57,469 bases of DNA from Cyanobacteria bacterium P01_A01_bin.123 (GTDB taxonomy: Bacteria; Cyanobacteriota; Cyanobacteriia; Phormidesmidales; Phormidesmidaceae): the NCBI GenBank assembly GCA_039815185.1, contig JBCBZT010000047.1, forward strand, positions 1 to 57,469. Reading direction: 5' to 3'. Both the position numbers and the translations under genes were made by a program. This document shows positions 9,787-19,525 of this stretch, in pieces. Every line of letters starts with the position of its first letter. Position 1 is the first letter of the stretch. The notes beneath the pieces are model-generated. The model was not told the origin of the DNA, did no database searches, and saw only the letters and a list, made by a program, of their open reading frames with translations.

Positions 9787-9954
9787 TCAAATCGAACGGA
9801 GTGCAAATTCGTTTGAGGAGGTCTTTTGGGTCAACACCGTTTCTTGGACTTTGCATCGTTTTAGCTTGGCAAGCATTGCCTCTAGCTTCGGATCGCGTTG
9901 CGCTAGAGACGCAGGTAGACAGCGCCTCTTGAGCCCACAGGTTTGACAAAGCAT
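9787..9954 (-). CDS. Putative small Cys-rich protein (55 aa), not in the ORF track
   Basis: MLCQTCGLKRRCLPASLAQRDPKLEAMLAKLKRCKVQETVLTQKTSSNEFALRSI*, with a CxxC-x5-C-x21-C pattern. It lies in an otherwise empty ~1-kb gap. Confidence 0.5.
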   Translation of the reverse strand: MLCQTCGLKRRCLPASLAQRDPKLEAMLAKLKRCKVQETVLTQKTSSNEFALRSI

Positions 9955-10608
9955 TAATTTGAACGACCTTAGGTGACGATTAGAGTGTTCTTACGCTTTC
10001 CATTGTTGCGTCTTTTTTCTCCTTTGCGAGAGATTTTTCGTTAAGGCAGACTAAGATTTGATGTTGAATTGTTGACTTTTAAAGCATTGATTATTAAACC
10101 TATACAGATTTCAGCTTGTATCTGAATCGCTGATTGTCAAAGGCTTACGCTGCGAGCGCGGCAAACCGCGGACAAGTGTGGGTTACGCTGAATCTCTTCT
10201 GGGAGATACGGTTTACCCCCCTCGCGAAAAATATTGAGCGTTATCATAAACCTATAGAAACTTCACCTAAGCCTCATCTGGTTTAGAAACTTGTTCGCGC
10301 AGCGTCTCCGAAGGAGAAATTTTGAGTTCAAGGAGAAACAATGGTTTTGGCTAGCTTGGATATGGACGAGGTTTGAAATCTTTCTTTGTCTTAATCGCTA
10401 CATTGTTCTGAATGTGGACAAGGTTTATTTCAAGACTTTCGTAGCTTGGCCTGGTTGAGCTTTAAGTTAGTTGAGTTTTAAGTTGTTGCTGAATGTCAAG
10501 CTTTATTCGTTAACTGAGTGCCTTAGGTAATGACCGTGTGGGGATAGTTTGACCGCCGCGATCGCGCGATATCAATCACACTTTGAGTCAAAAACGGGAG
10601 GGAAAACG

Positions 10609-11064
10609 ATGAAACTGATGAGTGCAGCCGCATTATCTTTGCTGTTCCCCTTGATGGTTGCCAGCACTGCCCAGGCTGAAAACCCAGAACATGTCCGACG
10701 TTTATTAACCACCAATGCCTGCTATGGCTGTGATTTATCAGGAGCCATACTCAGCGATGCCCACTTGATTGGGGCAGATCTACGAAACGCCAATCTCTCT
10801 GGGGCTCAGCTAGTGGGTTCAAATTTGGAAGGGGCAGATCTGACCGGAGCTAATTTGGAAGGGGCAAACCTGACCGATGTCATGCTGACCAATGCCAGTC
10901 TTAATAACGCTGATCTAGATGGCGTCAACTTCACTCGCGCAATGCTTTATCACGTAGACGTAGCAGGTGCTTCTCTCAACAACATTGACCTGACCCAAGC
11001 CCAAGTGGCGGGTACCCCGATCAGTGTTGGCGGTCAGTATCCTGAGGGCTGGGAGCAGGAGTAA
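10609..11064 (+). CDS. Secreted/lumenal pentapeptide-repeat protein
   Basis: GGAGG RBS before ATG 10609, signal peptide ending AQA, the ENPEHV..LL.T..C.GCDL cap and A(D/N)LxG repeats. Confidence 0.9.
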   Translation: MKLMSAAALSLLFPLMVASTAQAENPEHVRRLLTTNACYGCDLSGAILSDAHLIGADLRNANLSGAQLVGSNLEGADLTGANLEGANLTDVMLTNASLNNADLDGVNFTRAMLYHVDVAGASLNNIDLTQAQVAGTPISVGGQYPEGWEQE

Positions 11065-12001
11065 GCAAAACGGGCTGGGGTAATGGTGTTTCTGCCAAAA
11101 AGGCCGTTACGCGATCGCGAGTGGGCAAAGATGACTGCGCCCCAGCTTGGGTGACTGACAACGCGGCCACAGCGCTGCCCTGCAGCATGGCCTGAAGCAG
11201 AGCCTGATCTTGACATAACGCTGCGGCCAATCCGCCATTGAACGCATCCCCTGCAGCTACCGTATCCACTGCGTCAACCTTATAGGCTGGCAAGAGAAAG
11301 GATCCCTCTGGGCTGCTACAAACACACCCTTGGCCCCCTAGCTTGACGATGACGGTTTTGACGCCGCGCGATCGCAGGTGTTGTGCAGCCGCCAACGCTG
11401 ATTCTGGTGTATCTACCGGAAAGCCAACTAGTTGAGCCGCTTCGGATTGATTCGGCGTCAGAATATCAATACTGCGATAAAACTCATCGGGTAACGCTGA
11501 TTGGGCCGGAGCTGGATCAACAATCACCTTGATACCCTGGGTTTGGGCTAACTGGGCAGCTCGCTGCACCATCGGCAAGGGAATTTCAAACTGCAATAGC
11601 AATACTTGAACATGCTGGAACCGAGCACTTAGTCGCTCTATATCGGTGTCGTCAATCGCTGTGTTCGCGCCTGGAACAACGATGATGTGATTTTCACCAT
11701 TAGCTGCGACTGCGATCGCGGCAACGCCCGTCCTATTGTCTCCATCAATACTCACATCCACTGTATTCACCCCAGCAGCATTCAAACTTTTAAGTAGATC
11801 TTCTCCAAAGCTATCCCCACCGACCCGTCCAACCATGGCTGTGGAAACTCCCAATCGAGCTGCCGCCACGGCTTGGTTTGCGCCTTTACCGCCGGGCACA
11901 ATTAGGAAGCGATCGCCCAGTAATGTCTCTCCGGGTTCAGGCAATCGCGATACCTGTGTAACGAGATCCATGTTGAGGCTACCGAAGACCAGAATTGACA
12001 T
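11021..12001 (-). CDS. rbsK: Ribokinase
   Basis: GSLNMDLV, PGGKGANQAVAAARLG, TPNQSEA, DTVAAGDAFNGG. Confidence 0.93.
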   Translation of the reverse strand: MSILVFGSLNMDLVTQVSRLPEPGETLLGDRFLIVPGGKGANQAVAAARLGVSTAMVGRVGGDSFGEDLLKSLNAAGVNTVDVSIDGDNRTGVAAIAVAANGENHIIVVPGANTAIDDTDIERLSARFQHVQVLLLQFEIPLPMVQRAAQLAQTQGIKVIVDPAPAQSALPDEFYRSIDILTPNQSEAAQLVGFPVDTPESALAAAQHLRSRGVKTVIVKLGGQGCVCSSPEGSFLLPAYKVDAVDTVAAGDAFNGGLAAALCQDQALLQAMLQGSAVAALSVTQAGAQSSLPTRDRVTAFLAETPLPQPVLLTPAPSPQDTDRQH

Positions 12002-12319
12002 AGCCGTTCAAGTTCAAGGTTTGACAGTCAGCGTTGGGTTGTAGCCGTAGCATCTCTGGCTATGCTAAACGTAACCGTCAGGAATACCCACAAAGAAATA
12101 TGTCTTGCTAGCGTTCTGTAGCAAAGTTCTACAGATTTCTTAAGTTTTAATTGCATCAGAACTTCGCTCTGAAGGAGCATCTATGATGTAAACAAGTCAG
12201 TTGAAAGTTTGACTCTAGCCCAACCAAACTTTCAATAAACGATCAATTCGTGAAAGGCTTTCAATTTCTAGCCATACTTAAAATTCCAATCAGATATCAG
12301 AGAGTCATCATGTGAATCA

Positions 12320-12904
12320 ATGAGCACAATGATAGATGAGCCATTCAAAGTAGGAATTATCGGGCATTGTAATCTGGGCAGCGTCGAGAAGCATTCATAT
12401 ATCCATTTTTATTGTCACCGATTATTAGCTGAATTAAAACAGAAATATTCAGACATGATAGCTATCTCAGCCATTGCTGACGGTGCTGACTCCATCTTTG
12501 CTCAGTGCGCTGTATCATTAGGCATTCGCTTAGAGTCAATCATACCTTTCAAGAAATTTGATTCTGACTTTCAAGAGGACACTACCTATGAAAGGTATAA
12601 ATCCTTACGAAGGAAATCGAAATATGAAACTAGAGTTAATTTCTCAGAAAGAAGTAACCTAGCCTATAAGAGAAGTATGGAATGGTTAGTTTTTAAGTCT
12701 AATATGATTTTAGCTGTATGGGATGGTAGGGAAGAAGGGACAATAGGGGGTACTTGGGAGGCAGTATCGCTAAGCAGGAGAATCAGGAAGAAGATGATCC
12801 ATATTAACAATAAAAGCAGAAAAATAAATTACTATTTTTGTAAAGGCAATGAATACGAGTTGCGGAAAGAACTCTCCTTGGAACAAGTCATAAAGCATCT
12901 TTAG
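12320..12904 (+). CDS. SLOG-superfamily (YspA/DUF1273-like) protein
   Basis: VGIIGH, ISAIADGADSIFAQ, IIPF, LAVWDG....GGTWEAV. The DNA is visibly AT-rich. Confidence 0.7.
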   Translation: MSTMIDEPFKVGIIGHCNLGSVEKHSYIHFYCHRLLAELKQKYSDMIAISAIADGADSIFAQCAVSLGIRLESIIPFKKFDSDFQEDTTYERYKSLRRKSKYETRVNFSERSNLAYKRSMEWLVFKSNMILAVWDGREEGTIGGTWEAVSLSRRIRKKMIHINNKSRKINYYFCKGNEYELRKELSLEQVIKHL

Positions 12905-12906
12905 AA

Positions 12907-13908
12907 ATGAGTTTCAGATTTAAAGAAGGATTAAATACGGTAAGCATCATTGGCTTACTAGGCACGACTTTATCTTTAATCTTATTAGTCACTTATGGTA
13001 CACAGTATTACATTGACAGAGATGTTGTCGTTTCTAGCGAAACACTTGCCGACAAAAAAACTGAGTATGAAATTACAAAGCTAGATGCTGAGATCAGCAG
13101 AATTCGAAGTGACACTGCTGGCAGCTTATTTTGGCTAAAGCTAATTGCTTTATTTGTAACAGTAGGAGGGGCAATTGGCGGTTATTTAATCGGCCAAAGT
13201 CGCACAACCATAGCCAAATTAAACTTCGAGAATCGAAAAAATGTTGATGAGGTATATCAATCAATTGTCCAAGAGTTAGCCAGTGAATCGCCTATTTTGA
13301 GAGCAGCAGCGGCTGTAAAGCTAGGCGCAGTCCTTAGGTCATTTCCTGCAGAGTGGAATGTCAGCGACGCGAGAAAAAAACAACTTATCCAGTTAACCAA
13401 ACAAGTTTTGGCTGCCAGCTTATCAATTGAAACAGATCCAAAAGTTTTAAAGACGCTAACGATTAGTATTGCTTTACATAAGCCGGAGTCTAGCGACGGG
13501 CTAGTCAATTTGCGAGAGCTTGATTTGTCAGGTGCAAAGGCTTCAGATGCATACTGGGCAAAATGTAACTTCGAGTATGCAGACTTCTATTCAGCTAATC
13601 TTTCTCAAGTTTCCTTCAGAAAATCTAATTTATCTAGTGCTCAATTCAGGGAGTCATATTTACAGGGAGCGGTATTTGATGAGGCCATCTGCATAAAAAC
13701 AAACTTCAAACTAGCAGATTTACGAGGCGCATCATTTGAGCAAGCCAGTTTAGATTCAGTTAATTTTGAGAATGCTAAAGTATATGCTGTAAGAATAGAT
13801 GAAGCACACTTTTCAAACACCCCTGATTGTCAAGTGGATATTTCGGTAGATGGGGATGGCTCCCAATTAATCTCAGTAGATGACTGGCTAGCTGGAGAAC
13901 AAAGTTGA
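12907..13908 (+). CDS. Two-TM membrane protein with a helical linker and C-terminal pentapeptide repeats
   Basis: Hydrophobic segments at about aa 12-30 and 74-95, the IVQELASESPILRAAAAVKL helix, and repeats such as ADFYSANLSQVSFRKSNLSSAQFRES. It starts 2 nt after the SLOG gene. Confidence 0.8.
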   Translation: MSFRFKEGLNTVSIIGLLGTTLSLILLVTYGTQYYIDRDVVVSSETLADKKTEYEITKLDAEISRIRSDTAGSLFWLKLIALFVTVGGAIGGYLIGQSRTTIAKLNFENRKNVDEVYQSIVQELASESPILRAAAAVKLGAVLRSFPAEWNVSDARKKQLIQLTKQVLAASLSIETDPKVLKTLTISIALHKPESSDGLVNLRELDLSGAKASDAYWAKCNFEYADFYSANLSQVSFRKSNLSSAQFRESYLQGAVFDEAICIKTNFKLADLRGASFEQASLDSVNFENAKVYAVRIDEAHFSNTPDCQVDISVDGDGSQLISVDDWLAGEQS

Positions 13909-14043
13909 CTAGGGTTTACTCTAAGTAATTATCTATGTCAATTAAGGATGCTGTCTCAGATCTGATCTGTTAATGAGCGGGACACTCAGCTCGTCCAACG
14001 AGTTAGATCCCTTTACTTGTCTCTGACATCCGCGATTATGATG

Positions 14044-14970
14044 TTAGAGTCGCAATGTTAATTGGCGCATCATCACAAATTTCAGTAGATTAATTTTCTG
14101 AGACGAGCCCATCCAAACGGGCACCCGCAAATATTTCCCTAGCAGCAATCGTCCTAAACCTTTAATCCGGGCATAGGCTCGACTTTTGAACCAAATGCTG
14201 AGTTCAGTTGTACCTGTCGCAGCCGCATACATCGGTGGAAAGGCCAACTTGCCGTAAAGCACATCGGCGCGGTGAGCTTTGCTGAGTTTATTTTGCTGAT
14301 GTTCAGGGTTGGGTACTCCACCATGTTCACCGTAGTTGCGAAAGGGCACATAATCCATAAAGCCGCGATCGCGCAAATAGTAATCAATCCCAGAATCCCA
14401 AGGCGTATAGGCCTGGGGTCCCGGATCAGCTGCGACACCATCGGCGAGTTCAATCAACAGCTTGGCACTTTTAGCTGTAATGACGTAGGCCACCATTGAA
14501 GTCGAGTAGCCTTCTGCATAGCCGCGATCGCTAATGTTATAAACCTGCGGCGCACAGGTATATAGCCAAGCAATCCCCAACTGGTCGTCTTCCGGGTCAA
14601 ACGGCGGCGGCAATCTACCAAAGTTTTTAACGGGTATAAAGTCGGCTTCCACAATCAGCGTCGGCTGATCTGAGGTCAAAGCTCGCTCCCATGCCGCTTT
14701 ATGATTCAGCAAACACAAATAGCTGCGGGAATAGTTGTGATATTCAGGCTGATGAACTTGGCGTAGCACCTCACACTTGCAACCCGCCTGAATCAGCCAC
14801 TCTTCTAAGAGTTGCGTCTCTTCCTTATAAGCCAGAATAAACGTTTGCCCGATACAGTCTACTAAACGGGTAGCCTGGACAACAGCGTTGAGTGTGGTAG
14901 CCACAGCAGTCTTCCAATACGACAGCAATTCAATAATTTCAGCCCTGAGACTCAGAAGGCTCATCAGCAA
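14044..14970 (-). CDS. LPS/polysaccharide glycosyltransferase (GT25-like)
   Basis: LCLLNHKAAW, LIVEADF, STSMVAYVIT. Start codon is uncertain. Confidence 0.65.
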   Translation of the reverse strand: MLMSLLSLRAEIIELLSYWKTAVATTLNAVVQATRLVDCIGQTFILAYKEETQLLEEWLIQAGCKCEVLRQVHQPEYHNYSRSYLCLLNHKAAWERALTSDQPTLIVEADFIPVKNFGRLPPPFDPEDDQLGIAWLYTCAPQVYNISDRGYAEGYSTSMVAYVITAKSAKLLIELADGVAADPGPQAYTPWDSGIDYYLRDRGFMDYVPFRNYGEHGGVPNPEHQQNKLSKAHRADVLYGKLAFPPMYAAATGTTELSIWFKSRAYARIKGLGRLLLGKYLRVPVWMGSSQKINLLKFVMMRQLTLRL

Positions 14971-15196
14971 AAGGCTTTGGCATCAAGTCACTCCTCTCAA
15001 ACGGCAGTCGCCTTCTTTGGCAAGCCTAACCTGTCCCTGTCAAAATCGTCTCTCGATGATCGAGTCGATCAAGCTAACTTCAACTTACCCAAAAGTTAAG
15101 ACATTGCCGCAACTTCTCTACCAACGCGTTGGCGGCTTGAGTCCCCGTAAACCCTTCGATCCAAATTAAACCTTTGTGGGTTCATGCATGGGCTAG

Positions 15197-16276
15197 CTAA
15201 CTGCCCTGACCAAATCCTTTAGCACGGTGGGAGACTTGCCAGATTCGCAACTCACCCGCAGTACCGCCTACCGCCAAGCGATCGCCCGATACAGACCAAG
15301 CCAAACAGGTTGCCCCTCCGCTAAATCCCTTCAGGGTTTGAGACAGTTTCTGGGCATTCTGCCAGAGTGCGATTCGACCATCCTGGCCTACCGATGCCAA
15401 AGTAAGTGAGTTGGGTTGAAACGCGATCGCATTCACGCGATCTTTGTGGTGCTCTAATACCCGCGATCGCCAGCCCACCTTAGTCTTATCATGCCGTTCC
15501 CAAACGGTGATGGCTTCAACACAGGCAGCTGCAATCAGAGGAGTGCCAGAGGCAGTCATCGGGGTAGACCAGGCTACTTGCCGCACTTTTCCAGGGAAAC
15601 CCTGCATCAGCCAAGGAGGCGGACTGTTCCACTCCGCTACGGTGAGGGTGCGATCTAAATTTCCCGACCCGAGATAACGTCCATCATCAGACCAAGCCGC
15701 ATACAAACTGGCCCCCGGCACAGCGATCAACTTAGGCCCTGTGGTCCAATCATCTCCAAACCAAACCTTGATGCCGCCATGACCACTGACAGCAAGGGAT
15801 TCCCCGTTGGGATGCCAGGCCAGATGCAAGATGGAAGAATCTTGAAAGTCAAGGTTAGCAACCCGTACGGATTCAGCCACGTCCCAAATGTGGACTTGGG
15901 AGCCGACACCATAAGCTAGATAGCTCTGACTGGGGTGCCAGGCCAGTCGATCAATCCAAATACTGGGATGGTCGTGGTGTAAAACGATGTGACAGTCGGG
16001 CGATTTCACGCCCCAGACCATAACTTTTCCCGACTGTCCACCAGCAGCTAAAAACTGACCGTCCGCAGAAAATCCCAACCCATTGATGGCTTGTCCGCTA
16101 GCAGCTTGAAGGGTTACAGTTTCACCTATCGATCGCGTCAAGACGACCTCCCCCGCTGCCGAAGCCACCGCCAGCCATTCCCCATCTGGCGACCAGGTTA
16201 TAACGGTTACATAGTCTGTCAGGTTATCAGACGCCTGGGGAGTGAATTGTAACAGTGCACTTTTCACGCCAGACAA
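15197..16276 (-). CDS. WD40-repeat protein
   Basis: Repeated W/FSPDG..LA.G...G.V.IW units. It overlaps the upstream COG0523 gene, so the start is approximate. Confidence 0.9.
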   Translation of the reverse strand: MSGVKSALLQFTPQASDNLTDYVTVITWSPDGEWLAVASAAGEVVLTRSIGETVTLQAASGQAINGLGFSADGQFLAAGGQSGKVMVWGVKSPDCHIVLHHDHPSIWIDRLAWHPSQSYLAYGVGSQVHIWDVAESVRVANLDFQDSSILHLAWHPNGESLAVSGHGGIKVWFGDDWTTGPKLIAVPGASLYAAWSDDGRYLGSGNLDRTLTVAEWNSPPPWLMQGFPGKVRQVAWSTPMTASGTPLIAAACVEAITVWERHDKTKVGWRSRVLEHHKDRVNAIAFQPNSLTLASVGQDGRIALWQNAQKLSQTLKGFSGGATCLAWSVSGDRLAVGGTAGELRIWQVSHRAKGFGQGS

Positions 16277-17232
16277 GTCCGAAATCCGTGACGCAATTCG
16301 GCTTCATCCAGATTGCGGCCGATGAATACTAGCTCACTGCGGCGAGTTTCGCTAGGTTTCCAGGGACGATCGCCACGACCATCAAAAATCATGTGAACTC
16401 CCTGAAACACATAGCGGTTAGCCTCCCCCGCCAAGTTAAGGATGCCCTTCATGCGAAAGATATCTGGGCCTTTGGTTTGCAGCAGATCATTCACCCAGGT
16501 ACTGAGCTTGTCACTATCTAGGGGTTGATCCTCCACAATGGCAAAAGAATAGACCGATTCATCGTGTTCGTGGGCATCTTCATTGAGGAATTCTGGATCG
16601 ACTTGTAAAGCGCGATCCAGATCAAAGGCTTTGACGCCCAAAATCGACTCAATCGGTAGTTCAGAATTCTGGGTGCGGTAGAGCTTCACCATCGCATTCA
16701 TATCGAGGATGCGCCGTTCTAGCTCTACCAATTCTGCTTCAGAGACCAAGTCAACTTTGTTAAGCAGGATAACGTCGGCAAAGGCAATTTGCTCCTGGGC
16801 TTCATCGCTGTCCCAGTGTTGCCAGATGTGCTTAGCATCCACCACAGTAATCACGGCATCCAGTGCCAGCTGCGACTGAATATCCTCATCTACAAAAAAG
16901 GTTTGAATCACCGGGGCTGGATCAGCCAAACCAGTCGTTTCAATCACCAGATGGTCAAACTTATCGCGTCGCTGCATCAGATTGCCAATGATGCGAATCA
17001 AATCCCCACGCACTGTACAACAGATACAGCCGTTGTTCATTTCAAAAATTTCTTCGTCGGCATCAATCACCAGCTGATTATCAATGCCCACCTCCCCAAA
17101 CTCATTCACGATGACCGCAACCTTCTTGCCATGCTCATGGGTCAAGATGCGGTTGAGCAGCGTGGTCTTCCCTGCCCCCAAATAGCCCGTCAATACGGTC
17201 ACTGGCATACCCGCTGTTGCTGTCGTCACCAT
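16264..17232 (-). CDS. COG0523/CobW-family G3E metallochaperone GTPase
   Basis: GYLGAGKTT, NEFGEVGID, GCICCTVRGDL, IETTGLADP, NKVD, short HEHD linker and CobW_C domain. Confidence 0.95.
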   Translation of the reverse strand: MVTTATAGMPVTVLTGYLGAGKTTLLNRILTHEHGKKVAVIVNEFGEVGIDNQLVIDADEEIFEMNNGCICCTVRGDLIRIIGNLMQRRDKFDHLVIETTGLADPAPVIQTFFVDEDIQSQLALDAVITVVDAKHIWQHWDSDEAQEQIAFADVILLNKVDLVSEAELVELERRILDMNAMVKLYRTQNSELPIESILGVKAFDLDRALQVDPEFLNEDAHEHDESVYSFAIVEDQPLDSDKLSTWVNDLLQTKGPDIFRMKGILNLAGEANRYVFQGVHMIFDGRGDRPWKPSETRRSELVFIGRNLDEAELRHGFRTCLA

Positions 17233-17773
17233 GGCCTTTTATTTACCTGAAAAACATTATGGCTTCGGCATTATCTCTGATGCCATTTGCCTATAAAAGT
17301 TAGTGGTGAACATTTCAGGCCCTAGTAAAGATGTGCATCTATCCTTACTGCCGACAGATCTACAGGCAAACCGTAGAGTAGGCCGTTTAAGCCCTGTCAA
17401 ATCTGTAGCCTATCGGTTTTAAGCCAAAAGGGCCTGCTAAGCGTCACTCAAAATTCTCTTTAATGGTCAGGACAGCTTATGGTCAAGACAGCAAGACCTA
17501 GCCCATGTCCCCATCTACCGATTCCATCAACTATAGTGGCGTCACAGATGCACAGGTCTATCATCTATTGGTTTCAAAACTTTTAGAGAACTTAATCTAG
17601 GCCACTAACACGACTACTTAAAATCAGTAATTATTGCTGATACGCAGTCAGAATAAAAAACAAAGATCCAACCCATAGGCTGATTTTATTAACTCGCGAA
17701 TATCAGCTTATTACTTCACCAAAATATTTAAGCTTGAGTGACAATTAGTGCTTTTACACCTTTGTCTATGGAT

Positions 17774-17827
17774 TCATAAATAATCCATATTGATTCAATC
17801 AAGACTTTTATGGATAAAAGCTCTGAT
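17774..17827 (+). promoter_or_regulatory. Candidate LysR-type operator upstream of the ABC operon
   Basis: ATAAATAATCCATAT (T-N11-A, 17776-17790), followed 22 bp later by ATCAAGACTTTTAT and then ATAAAAGCTCTGAT. It resembles the boxes at 23596-23631. Confidence 0.45.
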
Positions 17828-17912
17828 TAATCCAAGATGTATATCTATTTACAGTTCCTTCTGTAGATTGATGGATTAAATAAATCTAACAAGCGTTGAG
17901 GCAGATAAAGTT

Positions 17913-19427
17913 ATGCAGTATTTACTGGGTTTGTCTAAGCAAAAAATTGCGACCGGTTTTCTAGCCACATCAATACTTTTCATAGGTGCTTGTTCTGCCA
18001 GCACTGTTAGCTCTGATGCTGAAGGGGAGAGCTCTTCAGGGGGTTCTGGAGAAGTTATTCGGATTGCAATTGGTACGCAAGATCAGGTAATCAATACAGC
18101 TGTTGGTGGAGCCACAGTTCGAGAGTTAGAACTATTAGAAAAACACCTGCCAACCGATGGCAAATATGAAGGGGTTGAATACGATATTCAATGGTCTAGT
18201 TATACATCTGGTCCACCCATTACTAATAAAATGCTGGCCGATCAGATTGATATTGGTCTCATGGGTGATTTCCCAGCTGTCATTAATTTGATTAAATTTC
18301 AGCAAGAAGCCCAGGATGCCGATTCGGTTTTTATCGGTACCTTGGCCTACAGTCCAAATGGGGCTGGCAACGCCGTTGTTGTCCCTAAAGATAGCGATGC
18401 AACGTCCCTAGAAGACTTAAAAGGCGGCACGGTTTCGGTACCTTTTGGCTCCGCTGCCCACGGCATGGTACTCAAGGCTTTAAATGACGCAGGGATTAAT
18501 CCAGAAACCGATGTAGAGCTGATCAGCCAGGCTCCTGAAGTGGGGGGCTCAAGCCTACGCACCGGGCAAATCGATGCCCATGCTGATTTCGTCCCCTTTG
18601 GTGAACTGTTCCCCTTCCGGGGCTTCGCCAAGAAGATCTTTGATGGTGCTCAAACGGGTGTCCCCACCCTGCACGGTATCGTTGTTCGGACGGACTTTGC
18701 TGAAGAACACCCTGAAATTGTGGTGGCCTACCTAAAGGCTATGTTAGAAGCCAATCAAATGTTCCAGGCAGATCCAGAAGGCATCTCTGCTCAAATTGAG
18801 GAATGGTCTGGCATCGACAAGGAAGTGGTCTACATGTTCTTAGGCCCATCTGGACTCCAACCCCTCGACCCTACCATTCGTGAGACCCAGGTGAGTGCCC
18901 TGAAAAACAGCATTGCGACCCTGACTAGCCTGGGTAAAATCGAGAACCCGGTTGACCCCGAAGAAGTCACTGGCTGGATTGATGAAAGCTATCTCCAAAT
19001 GGCGATGGAAGAGTTGGGCTTAGATTACGACGAGGTGATTGCCACCGCTGAGGCTTATCAGATTAAGGGTGAAGATGCCCTGACCGGAGAAGCCATTGAA
19101 GATCCTAAGTTGGCTGCTCAGTTCTGGGTGCAAGAAGAAGAGACTGTGACAAACTTCGCGTCTATCCCCAACATGTTAGAGGCATTGGCAGCTTTGCAAG
19201 CTGAGGGTAAGGCAGCGGATGTGATGTTTGTTCACGATCGCAACAACGGCTGGAAGTTATTTGCCGAGAATTCCCATTTTGTCAGCAATGGCGATGAAGT
19301 CTCAGCATTCCTACTGGAGTCGGATGCTGAGGCCTACGCTTCAGAATCTGGGGGGCAGGTGACTGCTTTCAAAGGTCTACAGGATCTCTATGCAGCGCAG
19401 CAGCCCGTACTGGTAGGCACCCGCTAG
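17913..19427 (+). CDS. ABC transporter substrate-binding lipoprotein (SsuA/TauA/NMT1-like) with a C-terminal NosL-like extension
   Basis: Lipobox IGAC, SGPP, IDIGLMGDFP, SLEDLKG..VSVPFGSAAHG, and an extra C-terminal domain of about 120 aa. Confidence 0.88.
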   Translation: MQYLLGLSKQKIATGFLATSILFIGACSASTVSSDAEGESSSGGSGEVIRIAIGTQDQVINTAVGGATVRELELLEKHLPTDGKYEGVEYDIQWSSYTSGPPITNKMLADQIDIGLMGDFPAVINLIKFQQEAQDADSVFIGTLAYSPNGAGNAVVVPKDSDATSLEDLKGGTVSVPFGSAAHGMVLKALNDAGINPETDVELISQAPEVGGSSLRTGQIDAHADFVPFGELFPFRGFAKKIFDGAQTGVPTLHGIVVRTDFAEEHPEIVVAYLKAMLEANQMFQADPEGISAQIEEWSGIDKEVVYMFLGPSGLQPLDPTIRETQVSALKNSIATLTSLGKIENPVDPEEVTGWIDESYLQMAMEELGLDYDEVIATAEAYQIKGEDALTGEAIEDPKLAAQFWVQEEETVTNFASIPNMLEALAALQAEGKAADVMFVHDRNNGWKLFAENSHFVSNGDEVSAFLLESDAEAYASESGGQVTAFKGLQDLYAAQQPVLVGTR

Positions 19428-19525
19428 TCATCGCTGCGATCCGACTATTTCAGCTCATTGGGGGGTTCCATTCGATTGAATAGGGCTGCCAATGAGCTGG
19501 ATTTAACGTTGTTGAGAGGGACAAA

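Noticed and set aside
9743..9946. 67-aa + strand ORF
   Set aside because: It has no recognisable features, and the opposite-strand Cys-patterned ORF is more protein-like.
10293..10318. GTTCGCGCAGCGTCTCCGAAGGAGAA, reminiscent of small dispersed cyanobacterial repeats
   Set aside because: It is a single copy in the window and cannot be supported without a genome-wide search.
9960..10330. Intergenic region vaguely resembling a cyanobacterial CRISPR leader
   Set aside because: No repeat-spacer array or cas gene is present anywhere in the window. The region is better explained as divergent promoter DNA.
11021..11064. 44-bp convergent overlap of rbsK and the pentapeptide gene
   Set aside because: It involves only non-conserved tails, which is common and probably incidental.
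17463..17492. Imperfect 16-nt-period repeat ATGGTCA(G/A)GACAGC x2
   Set aside because: Two copies only, with no associated feature; likely a local slippage duplication.
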